Source of the DNA: Amphiscolops sp. MND2022
Lineage: Eukaryota
Direction of reading: 5' to 3'
Length of the DNA: 64,000 nt
Assembly (NCBI GenBank): GCA_964187785.1
Contig: OZ076416.1
Span: forward strand, 25,110,001 to 25,174,000
Shown piece by piece: positions 1 through 12,955 of this stretch (position 1 is its first letter; every line of letters begins with the position of its first letter). Made by a program: the position numbers and the translations under genes. The notes under the pieces were generated by a model that ran no database searches, had not been told where the DNA came from, and saw nothing but the letters and a program-made list of their open reading frames with translations.

Positions 1-3000
1 CTTGTAAAAAGTTTATTAGTTCTTGGTGGTTTGTATCAAAACTAAGTATGAAAGAATCTGTATCCATATAATGTAAATGTATTTTATTTTGCCAATATGG
101 TTGTAATTTGTTATAATAAAATTCATACATTAATAGTTTTGATAGTTCTAGTACTGTAAAACCTAAATAAATTGGTTTATCAAAGACTGTTTTTTCTTTA
201 TCAAACTTGTACACACTAAACATGGAGTAGTGATCCATGATTCCTTTGAAACTTAACTTGGATTGTCTTTTTAGTATTTGATCTATTTGAGAATGATCAA
301 TGAATTCTAGATTGGTTCTATCTCTTACATTTTCCATTGTCTTACCAAAGAAAGCATTGTTCATTAATTTATAAAGATCCTTTTCAAAGTTTGTTTTCGC
401 TACTGTGCGTTTCTGAGTATTATGATCGATATATTTACCTAACCATGGACTTTGTTTAAACTTATAGATAGTATGTATCTTCGGTACTTTCATCCCTTGG
501 TTAAGATAAAACTTAAACATCCTACAATGTATCATATATTTCGATTTATTGGTTACATCACACATAAGTTTTGGGGTTGGTTTGTAATTAGGTTGATTTA
601 CATTATTCATATAAGCTGAGAATAAGTCTGGATCTGCTTTTGTTTGATACGGACAAAAAGGAAAGTTTTTGGTTTTTTCTTTAATTTCAACTGGATATTC
701 TAAATCACATTCTATAAAGAATCCATATTTATTATCAACTGGTATTTGTAATAAATCTTCTACTATTTGTTCTAGTTCATACTCTTCTGGAAAGTTTAGT
801 TTTTCAAATTCACCAATAGGAAGATATTGACTCATTGCCCATCCATACTAATTATTTGCATCGATATATAAGATTTGTTTATTTTCATCAGATTGCACGT
901 GACGATCTCCCATTACACTTGAAATTCCTCCACGGATATTATTTTCTAAGAGTAATAATAATTCTTTACCGGAGGCGCTTAGATTTTATATAGTCTAACT
1001 TTATATTAGTCAACTTCAAACCTGCTTTCCATGTATAACCAGGTAGACTATAAGAGTACAAGGGATTAATTTTATAATCTCGTGTAGAACTTTCCACAAA
1101 GTTTTCAAATACATCAGCTAATTGAAGAACATCCATTTTTAAATATAACATTGTTAATTCTCTTCCATTTTTAATTTTATTTTTATCAATTAATTCTTGG
1201 GTTCTTTTTATATCATCATCTGATGGATAAGATTGTGTTAATGTTGACCAATAATCTTCTTTGGTTAGATTTAATGGTTCCTGAAAGTTATCAAGATTTA
1301 AGTATTCATATGGATAAGCTAATTTCTTTTTGAATAAATCATCACTCATTCCTTCCAATTTCATGATAGGAAAATTGTCTAAACTCTTAACTAATTTATC
1401 TAAACTGGAAGAAAGAAATCGGTATGAATCTAAGAATCTCAAACAACCTACTTGCACACTAACATAATTTTCCAGTGATTTTGGAATTATCGTTGGATTA
1501 TAATTTTGATTGTATGCTTCGGTTAAAAGTTCTTCAATTATAAGATGACAATCATACCCAGAAAAGTTATGGAAAAATATAGGAACAAAACTTGATGACC
1601 TTTGTTTACAATTTATGTTACATATATTATGAGCTGCTCCTCTGTATTTTCCTGTTAGGTGATCATGATCTCTTACTTTACGTAATTCTGTACTTTCAGT
1701 AAAAGGTTGTTCACAAAGCCAACACTCTTCTGCAAGTTGAAATTGTACTTCTTCTTCTTGATTTATTTCTAATTCTAAATTTATTTTAAAATAATTTGAT
1801 GCAATTTTTTCTAAAGTCAACATTTCATTTACAAACCATTTAGTACAATCTGTTCCAAAGTATGAGCTGTAATTATTGCCAAATGGTGAAATCTGATAAT
1901 ATCCTACTGCAATAGGAATTTGTTTAAATAATACTTTGGGGTTATTTTGAGGTTGATTAATACATTCAAAATCAGCATATACTCTTATTGGTACAGGAAC
2001 TTTCATATAATAATCTTCGAACTTTACCTGATCTTTCCAACTGAATGTGATTTTAGTTGGTTGCTGTTTTTGACAACGATCTATATGATCAATTAGAACT
2101 GGTTGTGAACTAAATGCTGTTAAACATCTTCTACATACATGTTTCATATGTGAGTCTTTATTTATTAAACAATGCAACTTTGTAATTAAACAATAGTGAT
2201 TTTGATATAATAATAAATCTATTTGTGGTTGATCATAGTTCGTATTTATATGGATTGGTGTTAGCAGATTTCCTGTGAGTTCGAATACATTTATGCAAAG
2301 CACCTTCGGTATACAGCATTGTTGACCTCCAGTACTTAATCTATTTAAATTTTCAAACTTGGGAATATCTTTGACTTTCATAGGGAATTCTAAACCTTCT
2401 AGGTTGAATTTATCAAAATGTTTTGAATAACTCGATGTTATATTTTTATTATCCTCAACAGGATATAAATATGCTAGGATACACCATAAAAACAATATTG
2501 ATCATTATTTTTTATATATATTATTGATTGGCTGTTTTTATCTTTTGGTGGTAACTCAACCCATGAACTAGCTTGGATATCATTAACTTTATATATTTCT
2601 AAAATAACTTCTTTAATTTCTTGAAACACAAAACCTGATCCTTCTAATTGTTCATCATCTAATTTATGTATTAATGTGTTATGAGTATCTTGTTGTGTGT
2701 GATTATATATTAGATCTGATTTTATCCATCTTTTAAATACTTCTTCTTCTCCATTGATTATTTTTGAAAATTTAGCTAGATAACTCAATTGATATTTACA
2801 TCGAGGGAAGAACCTTTTATTTAATAATTCATTTATATGATCTTCGAGATTACTAGTTGGATTTGTTTTAAGTTTAATGTATGTATTTTCATTCATAATT
2901 ATTTCTACTCCATTACCGAAATTTTGCATGTTTTCCCGTTGACGGTTTTGACGGTTTTGTAAATGAATTTCACTTTGGAAATGTCTTGTTTTATCAGATA

Positions 3001-3232
3001 TATATCTATTACAATCTTCACACCAAACACGTCGTTGTTCGGTTTTATTTTTATGTTCATCTGAATTTAGATGACTAGACTTACCTAATAAGGGCATATA
3101 CAACTTACATTTTTTACAATAATATTGATTTAATTTTTCAAGATGTTTCACTGGTTTATAATGATCAGACTTGAAAGCTTTTTTGTAATCAGAATTACAA
3201 ATACTACATTTCTCCAAATTCTCCATTTCCAT
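1..3232 (-). pseudogene. polB: Polinton/Maverick/adintovirus-type protein-primed family B DNA polymerase, frameshifted; C-terminus runs off the left edge
   Basis: ORFs 2474-3232 and 966-2495 are joined by a 1-nt shift in a T-run near 2490 (CFLWCILA). Manual translation of 1-965 continues with ENNIRGG, YIDANN*YG, YKLMNNAFFGKT and YMDTDS (PolB motifs A, B, C). An endonuclease-VII-like CWLC..DHDHLTGKYRGAAHNICN segment and three N-terminal Cys2His2-like motifs are present. Confidence 0.9.
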
Positions 3233-3419
3233 TTATTAAAGAAAAAATAGTTTAATTAAAAATTTTTCAATTATGATTTTTCAAAAAATTGGTGAAAAAT
3301 ATTTTAATTTTGTGGTGTTAAGGTATTAAAATTTGCCACAGATTTGAATGATAAATACAGCTTTGCTGGTATTGCATATTTCATTTAAGAAAATTTTTAT
3401 AATCTGTAATCAGAAACTC

Positions 3420-3810
3420 AAGACCTTTCCAATGATGTATCACACATGGTAATATCTTGAACTTTTATAATCTCTACATGTTTAAGGGTTTCAGGTTTGA
3501 GATGGTATAGTTTAAGTTGTGGGTGCCCGATCATGAAAATATTCAAAATCTGTGATCTCCAACTCACGACCATTCCAATGATGTATCATACACTGTGATA
3601 TGTTGAACTTTTATAATCTCTACATGTTTAAGGGTTTCAGGTTTTTCGAAGTTTCAGTTGGTATACATTTGTACTATGTTTTTGAATTGTATCTAGATAG
3701 ATAGCCCTTGTCAAGACCTTTTCAATGGTATATTATACTTTGTTGTAACTCAAATATTCGTTGAGTTATGGCTTTTTTCCTGACCTATTAGTAATCTCTA
3801 CATGTTTAAG
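3420..3810. repeat. Degenerate direct repeats (about 150-bp period) upstream of polB
   Basis: CCAATGATGTATCA..TTTTATAATCTCTACATGTTTAAGGGTTTCAGGTTT occurs at about 3428-3498 and 3574-3645, with partial copies near 3714 and 3792. Confidence 0.7.
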
Positions 3811-4185
3811 AGTGAAAGTCTGAATGGAAAAAGTTGCCACTTGAGTGCTTTTCAAGTGGTTTTTGACCCTTTAATCTTTTTCAAAATCACTTTTCTCGAA
3901 AACTATATTAGGTAGAAACATGAAATTTTCAGGGTAGACTACTTACGGTATGAGCTAACGATTGAAACCAAGACCGCCAACCTCCGACTATTACCATGGT
4001 AAGATGGTAAGTGGTATGCTTAAACATGTGGAGATAGGTTATAGCAATGTTTACATATTTGAATTTATTAATTGGTAGAAGTTTTGAAATTGAAAAAAAT
4101 CAAATAATAAGAATTAATTGATTTGAAAGGTTACATTGTAGTATAGAAAGCACCTTCACCGAGTTAATTTACCGTTCAGTCATTG

Positions 4186-4572
4186 TTAAATAATTTGTTT
4201 TGGTATGCTGGGACCCGCCAGGGCCTTCTCCTCTTCATCTTCCTCGTCCCGTTTCCGCTTTTCTGCTCGTTCTTTTTTGATTTTGCCAGCTTCTTTCAGT
4301 GATTTTAACTGCATTTTGTACTGACGTAAACCATTGTACTCTTTTATCAACTTTCGTGTGTCCTGTAGAATGTTTTCCATGTTTTTTAGATTTCGCTCCA
4401 ACACCGCCACATCCAGAGGGGCTTCGCTGACAAACATTTCTTTACAAACGTCCCAAAGCTTAGGGCGAAAGAGATGCTCTTTGGTTGAATCCGCTTGAAT
4501 TTGAGCATATAGATCATTCATTTTTTCTTTCTTTTGGTTTATTCTTTTCACCAGTTCTTTCTTGTTACTCAT
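4186..4572 (-). CDS. Hypothetical 128-aa basic/charged, probably coiled-coil protein
   Basis: Intact ATG ORF with higher GC than the flanking polB region and a K/R/E-rich C-terminus; no recognisable domain. Confidence 0.35.
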   Translation of the reverse strand: MSNKKELVKRINQKKEKMNDLYAQIQADSTKEHLFRPKLWDVCKEMFVSEAPLDVAVLERNLKNMENILQDTRKLIKEYNGLRQYKMQLKSLKEAGKIKKERAEKRKRDEEDEEEKALAGPSIPKQII

Positions 4573-4620
4573 TTTGCTTCAACAATTAATCGATACGGAA
4601 TTCAATACTGAACTGATTGT

Positions 4621-4763
4621 GTCTGGTTTTGGAAAATACTGAACTGTTTGTATCTGGTATTAGAAAATACTAGACAGCTCTGTCTGGTATTAGAAAATAC
4701 TAGACAGCTCTGTCTGGTATTAGAAAATACTAGACAGAGATGTCTGGTACACTGTCTGGTATT
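4621..4763. repeat. 30-bp tandem repeat (three near-perfect and one to two degenerate units)
   Basis: TCTGGTATTAGAAAATACTAGACAGCTCTG recurs at 30-bp spacing from 4651 to 4740. Confidence 0.9.
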
Positions 4764-5192
4764 TTTTCTTTGATTTACGTCTGCCAAGAAATTTTGTGCG
4801 GTGGTTGTTTTATCGACCAGTTGTGTTTTCCACTTGAACGCACCGAAGGCGCTTTGCGTATTTGTTATTCCACTTGAATGCTACTTTCTTTCCAAAAATT
4901 TTTGCTTCACAAATTTTCTCTATTACCATCCACGGCAACATAGAGGTTAGTGAATTTTTGCTTCATGAGAAATATTTTCCACTGGAAAAATTTGCTCATC
5001 GATTTTTATTTTGTTAATTTTTTAGTTGTGAAAAAAGGCTGATTTTTAGATGGTTTGATTGGTATTTTGTGAAAAAGATTAATTTTTTAATGGTTTTACG
5101 AACTTGAATATTTTTTATTTTTTAATAGTGAAAAAACACCGAATTTATCGATTTTTTTTTGGAAAAAATGCTTAAATTTAGCGTTTTGATTA

Positions 5193-8100
5193 TCAAGAAC
5201 GGGAATTCGCATTCTTATTAGTATTCAATCGACGCACAATATAATTGTCATTGGACAGTACTGTCTGAACGACAAAGGGGCCAATCCACCAGTATTCCCT
5301 GAATGGGATTTTTGATGCTTGGTTATCCGCTTTAGGCTGTAAAACGAAGCAATAATCCTTCTCTTTAAGCGGAGCCGCTTTGGCCTTTCGGTCGTAATAG
5401 TCTTTGTACTTTAAATAGGACTGCATAATGTTCTTTTTAGTCTGGTCGATGAAGATTTGTGTCCTCTGTTGTACTTCTTCCGCAAATTCCGTAGTTGGCA
5501 AGAAATTTTTATTGGGATTATTTCCCAATTTGTGATCTAGGACGTTAAAAGGAATTCTGCCATGAAAGACTTTACTCGGCTCACATCCAATACTGGAGTG
5601 GTATGTAGTATTGTAGTTGAGCACGGCCAATGGCAAATATTTATGCCACTGACGTCGATATTCCCCTGAGGCCATTTCCAAGTTGGTCTTGAGTGAGGCG
5701 TGCGTCTTCTCGAGCTTGCCAATTGTTTGCGGGTGCTTTGTAGTGGCGCATTTGAGTGTTATGCCCAAAATTTGAGTTATCTCAGCTATGGTGGTTGATG
5801 TAAATGCGGACCCTTTGTCCGTAATAAGAGTTGTCGGTAAATGTGAATGTTTCGTCATAATGTCTATTATTACTTTGGCTACATTTGTGGCTGTCGCCTC
5901 AATTAGCGGGTAGGCGAATAGGTATCTTGAAAAAACATCAATAGCTGTCATTACTGTTTGGTAGCCGCCACTGGTCGGTAGATTTGGTAACAAATCAATT
6001 TGCATGGCGTCTTCAGGACCGAGGTCTCATTCGGGCAGATTTAGCAATTCTGGTGTAATAGTATTATTAGGGACTCTCTTGTCTCTGGCACGCGTTTCGC
6101 AGCCTTCTACCCACTTCTTGACATGTTTAGCCATTCCGGGATAGTAGTATTTTTGGCGAAATTCTTGTAGCATTTTAGATAAGCCTGGGTGTCGGTGTGC
6201 CGTGCCATGTATTGCTTGTAGTATTTCTTTCAACAAATGTTTTGGCAGTAGAATCTGGTGGTATTTGATTTGGCCTGTTTCATCATAGTATTTCCTTGTC
6301 ACAATTTCGTCGTTGAGGACTATTCGGTCTAGGTTATTCAAATAATGTCTATACCGAATGTCTTGCTGCAAGATTTCTTCAGAGTTTTCCTCATTCTGAT
6401 ATTTTGCTTTTAATTGAAGCAAGATCGGATCTTTGGATTGTTCTACCAGTATTTGGTTAGTTCTGCGTAGTTTCTGCGTGAAATTAGTAATTTCTTCTAC
6501 AACGTTTTCGGATATGGCATCAATCTGGATGACGGTCTCGGCGACCTTGAGTCCTGCTTTCGATTGCTTTTTTCGTTCCCAAATTTGTTCTTCCGTTTCA
6601 TTGTCTTCCTCAGTGAAGAATACTTGTTCCTCTTCGGACACACCGGCCGATTGTACATTGACCTCAATAGGTTGTGTTTCAACGTCCGCGCGAATCTTCA
6701 GGACTAACTTTTCAGTAGGGTCCATTTCCATACGGGACAGGTAGTCGGCCGCTGTATTATTTTTGCCTGGAATGTGAGCGATAGTGATATTGAACTGAAT
6801 GACAAAATCACATGCATTCCATAATGGCGGCGGTATGATCTTGGTCTGGAAGAACCTTGTGACCGATTTGTTGTCCGTAAGGATAATTACCGGTTTGGGT
6901 GTCCCCCAGAATATATGTCCGATTTCTTTAAATGCGTAATATATAGCGAGAAATTCTTTCGCATATATCGACATTTTGAGTTGGGAAGGAATAAAAGTTT
7001 TCGAGCCATAAGCAATAGGCGCGTAGGATTTCTTGATTGATTTCTGGTTTGGGTCGTCTTCAGTGAGTATAGCGTATCCTGCTGCCGTGAAGCTGGCATC
7101 TGTCATCAGGACTAGCTGTCGATTCGGCAGTGGTTGCCTCAAGGCTAACTGGTTACATCGATCCAGGTCTCTATTGATTTCGTTAAATTGTTCGATTAAC
7201 TCGGATGTCACTAAGACTTTCTCGTCCTTCTTGAGTAGTTGAAAGAAGGGTACCAATTTTTCTGACAGTCTCGGTATGTAGTTTCTGTAGTAATTGAGGA
7301 ATCCAAGGTATCTTTGCAAGGCCTTTTTGGATTTCGGGAATTCAGTTTTTTCTAGGAAGTTTGTAATGCTTTCCTTTTGAGGCTTGACGCCCTCGGGGGT
7401 GATTGTTCTTCCCAGAAAGTCTGTTTTGGTCGCACCGAAATGGCATTTGTGCATAGTCAATTTTAATCCAGCCTCTGTAATGCATTCAAATGTGGCTCAG
7501 AGGTTTTTGATCAAGTGTTCAGCATCATTTGCCGCTATGCCAATGTCGTCGACATATTGCGCACATTGATCAACCTTGATAACTCGGTCCAAGTATTCTC
7601 TCATAAAACTGGAGAAGGCCGACAGGGCTCTTTTGAGTCCTTGAGCCAATCTTCTGTAAGCAAAGGTTCTGCTGGCAAAATTGAAGGCCAACATTTCAAT
7701 AGACCTTTGGTCTGCCGTCTGAAGGCAGTGATATGCCTGTGAGCAATCGAGTTTGCAAAAAAACTTCTTCCCGGCCATATGTTGCGCAGCGTCCGTCAAG
7801 GTACTAACTGGGTGGTTATTATTAATATAATCATCGGAGATCAAATTATTGATCTTCCTAAGGTCTACTAATAACCGTAGCTTCCCAATGGGCTTCTTTT
7901 GCGCAAAATAGGACTGGCGTGTTTTGAGAATGGTAACGTGGTTATGATACCGTATTTGTGGAGTAACGCCAACTCAACCAGGATATCCTCTTTTAAATTG
8001 ATGGCAGTCGGTAAGCTTTGGCTAATGGCAGGTGAGTCGTCCTTCGGGGTCAGTTTGACCGTGAACTCCTCATTCATCCCAATATCAAACCTATGGCGGG

Positions 8101-9737
8101 CGATAATGTCGTGAAATTCCACTAAGAGAGCTTCTATTTGTTTGATTTCATGCTGCTGTAATATTGAGTCTTTCCAGTCGAAATTACTGAGGAATTTTTG
8201 CCGAGATTCATCATCTTCTTGAGGGTTGAGGCTTTCTGCTTCTTGCAAATTTCGCAGTTCTCTGAGTATTCGTTTTTGTATTGGCGTGTGGGACGCTTCG
8301 TCCGCCGGATTCTCAGGAGTTGGAAACCAATATTCTTCGTATTGGTCGTTGTTGCTGTTGGTTTTTAGAAGGCTGCTAATATAGTGAACAGCGTCTTCTT
8401 CGTTTTCATTGAGTAGGTGCCAGGTGGACACTGGGTCTATTGGCCTGATGTGTTTCATCTGCTCGGGCGTCATTACTGAAAAGTTGGCTATGTGCATTCC
8501 CTTTTTGAGCTTGTAGGGTTGATCAGTGAAATTATTGACGTGTATCCTTGTGGTCCCTTCATCCAGCGTGATTATAGCAGCGCAGAATGTTATGTCGTTT
8601 TCTTCATTTAGGGGTTCACTGGGCTGTAGGATCCCAGTTACAGCATTTTCTGCGTAAATTCTGGATTGGATTGAGACAATTGTGCGGTCATTTGGCGGAA
8701 TTGTTACATCCTCAGGGTTGAGGATGGGTTCCATGACGTTCGAGTATTTGTGGTCAGCCGTGTTCAATTGCATTGAGAAACAAGGAAAATTTAGTATTCC
8801 TTGGCGCATGTCTAGGACTGTATGGTTTCTTTGTAAGAACATACGTCCAATTATAGGCTGGGTAGTTTTTCCATTACAATGAAGATTTCATGGAACTCAA
8901 TGTCCCCCACTTCAAGTTTCAATTCCACGGTACTTTTAGGAGTCTCTAGGTCGCCATTTGCAACCATTATTTGGAAGGATGGGGCAGGTCCCTCTTTGAC
9001 AATGGGTTGGGGCGCTAGTAGCCGTATTTTCCTGAGGTCCGCTTCTGGTATTCACTGGAGTGAGCCCCAGTGTCTATAAGTCCTTCTAGCGTTAATTCTC
9101 CAAAGTCCATTGGAAAGTATAACATCCGCCTTTTGATTTTAAGTCCAAGGTTGGTGGAAAGGGGAACATATGGCGTCTCGCCTTGTTGTTCCATTAGAAT
9201 ATGCAGGAAGGCTGTTTCGTCCAAAAGGCTGTTGAGGCCTTGATAGTCTTCCTGGTGTTGCGGTTCCTCTATTTCTTCTATAAGTGCTTCAGAATTTGGC
9301 TGCCAGAGTTCAATGAGGGCCCTAGAGAGTTTGGTGTCCTCTATCTGGGGATCGTCCTCATCGTCCGTTGGTGGATAGTCGTCACGTCTGAAATGCAGGT
9401 TTTGTCTATCATATAGTTCGTCGTCCCAATACGGGTCTTTGCCGTACTCAGGATCAGGGTACTGAGGGTGATAATCTTCGATCAAGGGTAAAGGTCGGAA
9501 TTGAGTCTCGAAGTCCTTAGTATAGTCAATTTCGTAAAATCGGTCTGGGCGATCATTATGTACTATTTTATAAGTTCGAATACAGGCTTTTTCAATTTGT
9601 TGCTGCCAGACAACGGTGGGAATGCCTTTTGTATCCTCAGTTCTTTGACTGTAGTTGGTTATTGGAGGGTCTGAAATGACATATTGTCGAACTGACATAT
9701 AGTCATGTATTTGGAGCCGTGGCAAAATTAGTTTTTT
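5193..9737 (-). pseudogene. pol: pol of element A (protease, RT, RNase H, integrase), fragmented
   Basis: LIDTGAHS protease (9015-9725 frame), QYVDDIG RT (7497-7844), DAS/KEFLA/TDNK RNase H (6027-7460), in-frame TGA at 6027-6029, then integrase QID..TDKG..LEKTH and GPF. Confidence 0.92.
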
Positions 9738-11417
9738 GAATCAGTCTTTTTGGTATTGGATTGGCTTGAACTAGTAGCCGTCGAGTCACTGGTTGTTTTA
9801 GGTTTGCCTTCCGAGGTTGAAGCATTTGCATCCTTTTGCTCTGTCTGCAGTCTCTTGGGACGCAGGTGGGCACCAGCGCCTTGCCAACATCTTTCAGTTG
9901 AATGGTTCTTTTTCCCGCATGTGTTACATGGTGGGTAAGTTGGACGCTGTGGTTTTTTTGCCATCTTTTTCCTCCATTCCTTTCTTTTTCTTGAGTTTAG
10001 GACAGCTTTTGTAATAGTGTCCCGTTGCTTTACAATAGGAGCATTGGGCACCTTTGTTGGTATTGATGCCATTAGACAGCAAATTGCTCTGATTCGTGGA
10101 CGCCGAGGCCATAGTGGCCATTGGCAAGTCATCTGACTCTTCTAGTGCATTGAGTTCTAATTCTCTTTCAAGATGAGCAACAATTTCTTCGTTCGTTCCG
10201 TTCTCCAACCGGGCCATGTTGACAGATCTTTTTAGTTTTGGTGGAAGTTTCGCGTATAGCAAGCTGTCAATCATGCTTTTGACATTTTCACCAAAAGCTT
10301 TATCAGCCCCTTGGTTCAATTCTTCTAAGAAGTCCGGCAATTTCATGGTACTTGGGTCAAACATCAGTCGGTGCCATTTGTGTTTTGCCGTCGCTTGGGA
10401 TTCCGGTTTAACATACTTTCTCCGGAATATGACCAGTACGTCCTCCAGAGTCTGACGGTTGATGGAATTTATGTTCCTGAACGTCTGTAATGCCCCTTTT
10501 CGTAACAATGAATGAAAAAGATTGATTTTCATCTGTTCCGTCATTGTAGGTTGCATTTTGATCATCGTGTGGAACAAGTCCTCGAAAAGCTCAAATTTTT
10601 CGCTTTTCCCGTCGAATGTCATTGGCGTTGTTTGGACAGGTCTAATGGTCATATTGTGAGGTTTGTTTTGTAAATTGACTAATACATCAGCCAATCTATT
10701 AAGCGGGTCCTGAGATGTCTCCGGGACCTCGAGGTCCGGGGCTGGCAGAGTCGCATCCAGAGAGACATTGTGGTTAGATTGTTGCCTCTCCAGGTTGGGG
10801 ATTGAGTGGATTCGTCCAGTCAGAAATTCAGGGATTTGCTGTTGGGTGTCAATAGCTCCTGTCACCATGTGAGAACTTTGACCCGTGGTTTCTCTTAGAT
10901 CACCAACAGATCGCGAATCCTTCTTTGTAATCTTTATTTCAGGCCCAGATGCGCTTTCCCTATTTTCCTGACTACTAGGGGACGAACTGGCCTCAGTGTC
11001 CCTGTGCCCCGTAGAGGACATTGAGTTAGCAATGTTTTGAATCTCTGGGATGACTCTTTCAGCTATGGTTGCCGTAATGGCTCTATTTATCTGACTATGC
11101 ATCATTGACATCATTGAATCCATTTCCTGGGACAGTCTAAGGTTAAATTCATTTGAGAAAGTTTCAAATGACTGCCTAACTTCGTTTTGTCTCAATAAGT
11201 CATTTTCGTGTAAATAATTTCTATTTTCATTCCCATGGTACGCATTTGTATCAGCGTCCCCGTGGGCCGATGATTGATCTATGGCGTCTGCTAATTCTCT
11301 TTCTAAGGGGTTATTATTTTCACTCCCTAACATCACGTCTAAGTTTTCAAAGTCAGACATCATGTCCATTTCTCTAGATTTCCTGGCTTTTGCCTTTTGT
11401 CTTCTTGTGAAAGGCAT
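9728..11417 (-). CDS. gag: gag of element A, with two CCHC knuckles and one frameshift in an A-run near 9980
   Basis: ORF 9924-11417 (CSYCKATGHYYKSC) continues in frame 9728-10132 (CNTCGKKNHSTERC) and ends ..DSKN*. Confidence 0.88.
9731..9737 (-). promoter_or_regulatory. -1 ribosomal frameshift slippery heptamer A AAA AAC (element A)
   Basis: TCA AAA AAC TAA at the end of gag; the -1 frame is open into the pol ORF (FKKLILPRLQIHDY). Confidence 0.75.
10855..10867 (-). promoter_or_regulatory. Primer binding site of element A (TGGTGACAGGAGC, tRNA-Leu-like)
   Basis: Directly follows the LTR end ..TCTCACA; resembles the complement of a tRNA-Leu 3' end (TGGTGTCAGGAGT). Confidence 0.7.
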
Positions 11418-12375
11418 AAGAAATTGTCACAAGGTAAAGATGTTAATTATCTTCTAACTTGCAAATATGGTGTGATATTACTGTAACAAGTAACTTTAAC
11501 ATGTAGCTTCTTCACAACTTTTGTGTCCTCGGGGCTAAATGTCCCGGATATATATATTGAAAACTACATGACAATCAGAATATGAATTGTCATATTCTAA
11601 AAGTAGCCTTAAGGGCTTTCTAAGAATAGTAACAATTCTAAAAATAGCAACAACTAGCTATTGACGTCATTATGATGTGAGTGACTTCAAAAGAGATTTC
11701 CCGACAGGTGACATGTTGGCGGGAAGCCCTTGTGTCTAGAAGGCATATTAACAGCATACATATACATAAGCAAATTACATGCGTTCCACCATCTTACATA
11801 AGATTTATTAATAGCACGCAACATTTCATTACCATGCGATCTTTCGACACTACGTACCCATTTCATGAGAAATTAAAGGCTTTTCTAAGTTCTGAGAAAT
11901 TGTATTCATCATTCAGCACCTTTAATTCAAAAGTGGACTCAGCGTCCAATAGACACGGCAGTCTTTATTTGTTTATTGACAGGCGGCATATGGCCGTCAA
12001 GTCCTTTAATCAAAGCGCCGCGTACAGTTTTGAATAAGAGCACTGGTTAATTAAATACTGCACTCTGATTGGTTAAGGTTCGTTCGGACTTGCTGTCCAA
12101 GGCGACAGGCGAGGAAACATTTGAACGCATTTTCTCTACCTGTACGCCTTGGTGTCCAATTTACTAGCAACGTACAAATTAGCGCTGGTATTACGTAAAA
12201 TTAAATCATCACTAAATGATATTTTACATTCAGAATAAATAAATTACATGACTTCTGAGATATAAATGCAGTGTATTTCGAACGTTTCAATTTAAAGGGA
12301 TCGTGTTGGGTAGGGCTTTTTGATAGTTATGGCAAATAGAATACAAGTTGCCATCACAGGCGGACGCCTGGGACA
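10868..12375 (-). repeat. 5' LTR of element A (about 1508 bp, TG..CA)
   Basis: Inner end abuts the PBS. The outer end TCACAGGCGGACGCCTGGGACA closely matches the TSD-defined end of the solo LTR (TCACAGGCGGCAGCCTGCGACA, 36665-36686). Confidence 0.8.
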
Positions 12376-12955
12376 GTTTGAAAATTTTGACATCTTCGAC
12401 TTACTTTTTTATGGGAAACACCAAACTAACCCTTTTGATAGTAATGTTAGGAAATCAGCTATGCGTTTTGGTAAATGCTGAATTCTCATACCGACAAAAA
12501 CGATCGAACCGTGTACAAACGATATTCACAACTATAAACCTTTAAAATTCATTCTACATCGTTTTCGGAAACATAAGAAATCCTATTTTTCTATATGACA
12601 GTATGATAAGTAGCGCAGCGTTTCGTCGTTGAACTCCACCATTACTCATTTTCTTGAAAACATCCGCAAATATAAACAATTCGCATAAACCACGAACGTT
12701 GAGGATAAAAACATTTCAACTTTCCTCGTGGCGTGGAATTCCACGTTTTTGTTTTCCACGATCAACCCTAAACTTCAATTTTTTACGTTATATCGTCGCC
12801 GAGCACATCAGCCACGGTGATCGTTTGTTATCAGCTTTTCTGTAAATCTGTTTTTCTAGTTGGATAGGCATTAATTTTTATACTCATCAGCGATTGGATT
12901 TGTTTTTTGTTCAATTTTATTTGTTGATTTAAATGGATTTGTTTCCATTTATGTA

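Larger units (their letters stand above)
5193..12375 (-). mobile_element. Ty3/gypsy LTR retrotransposon A: 5' LTR, gag and pol; 3' end and 3' LTR missing
   Basis: Order LTR-PBS-gag-PR-RT-RH-INT on the minus strand; integrase breaks off after the GPF motif near 5215; several frameshifts and stops. Confidence 0.93.

Noticed and set aside
960-990. Short insertion or transposon footprint breaking polB
   Set aside because: A single-base frameshift explains it equally well (KSKRSGKELLL).
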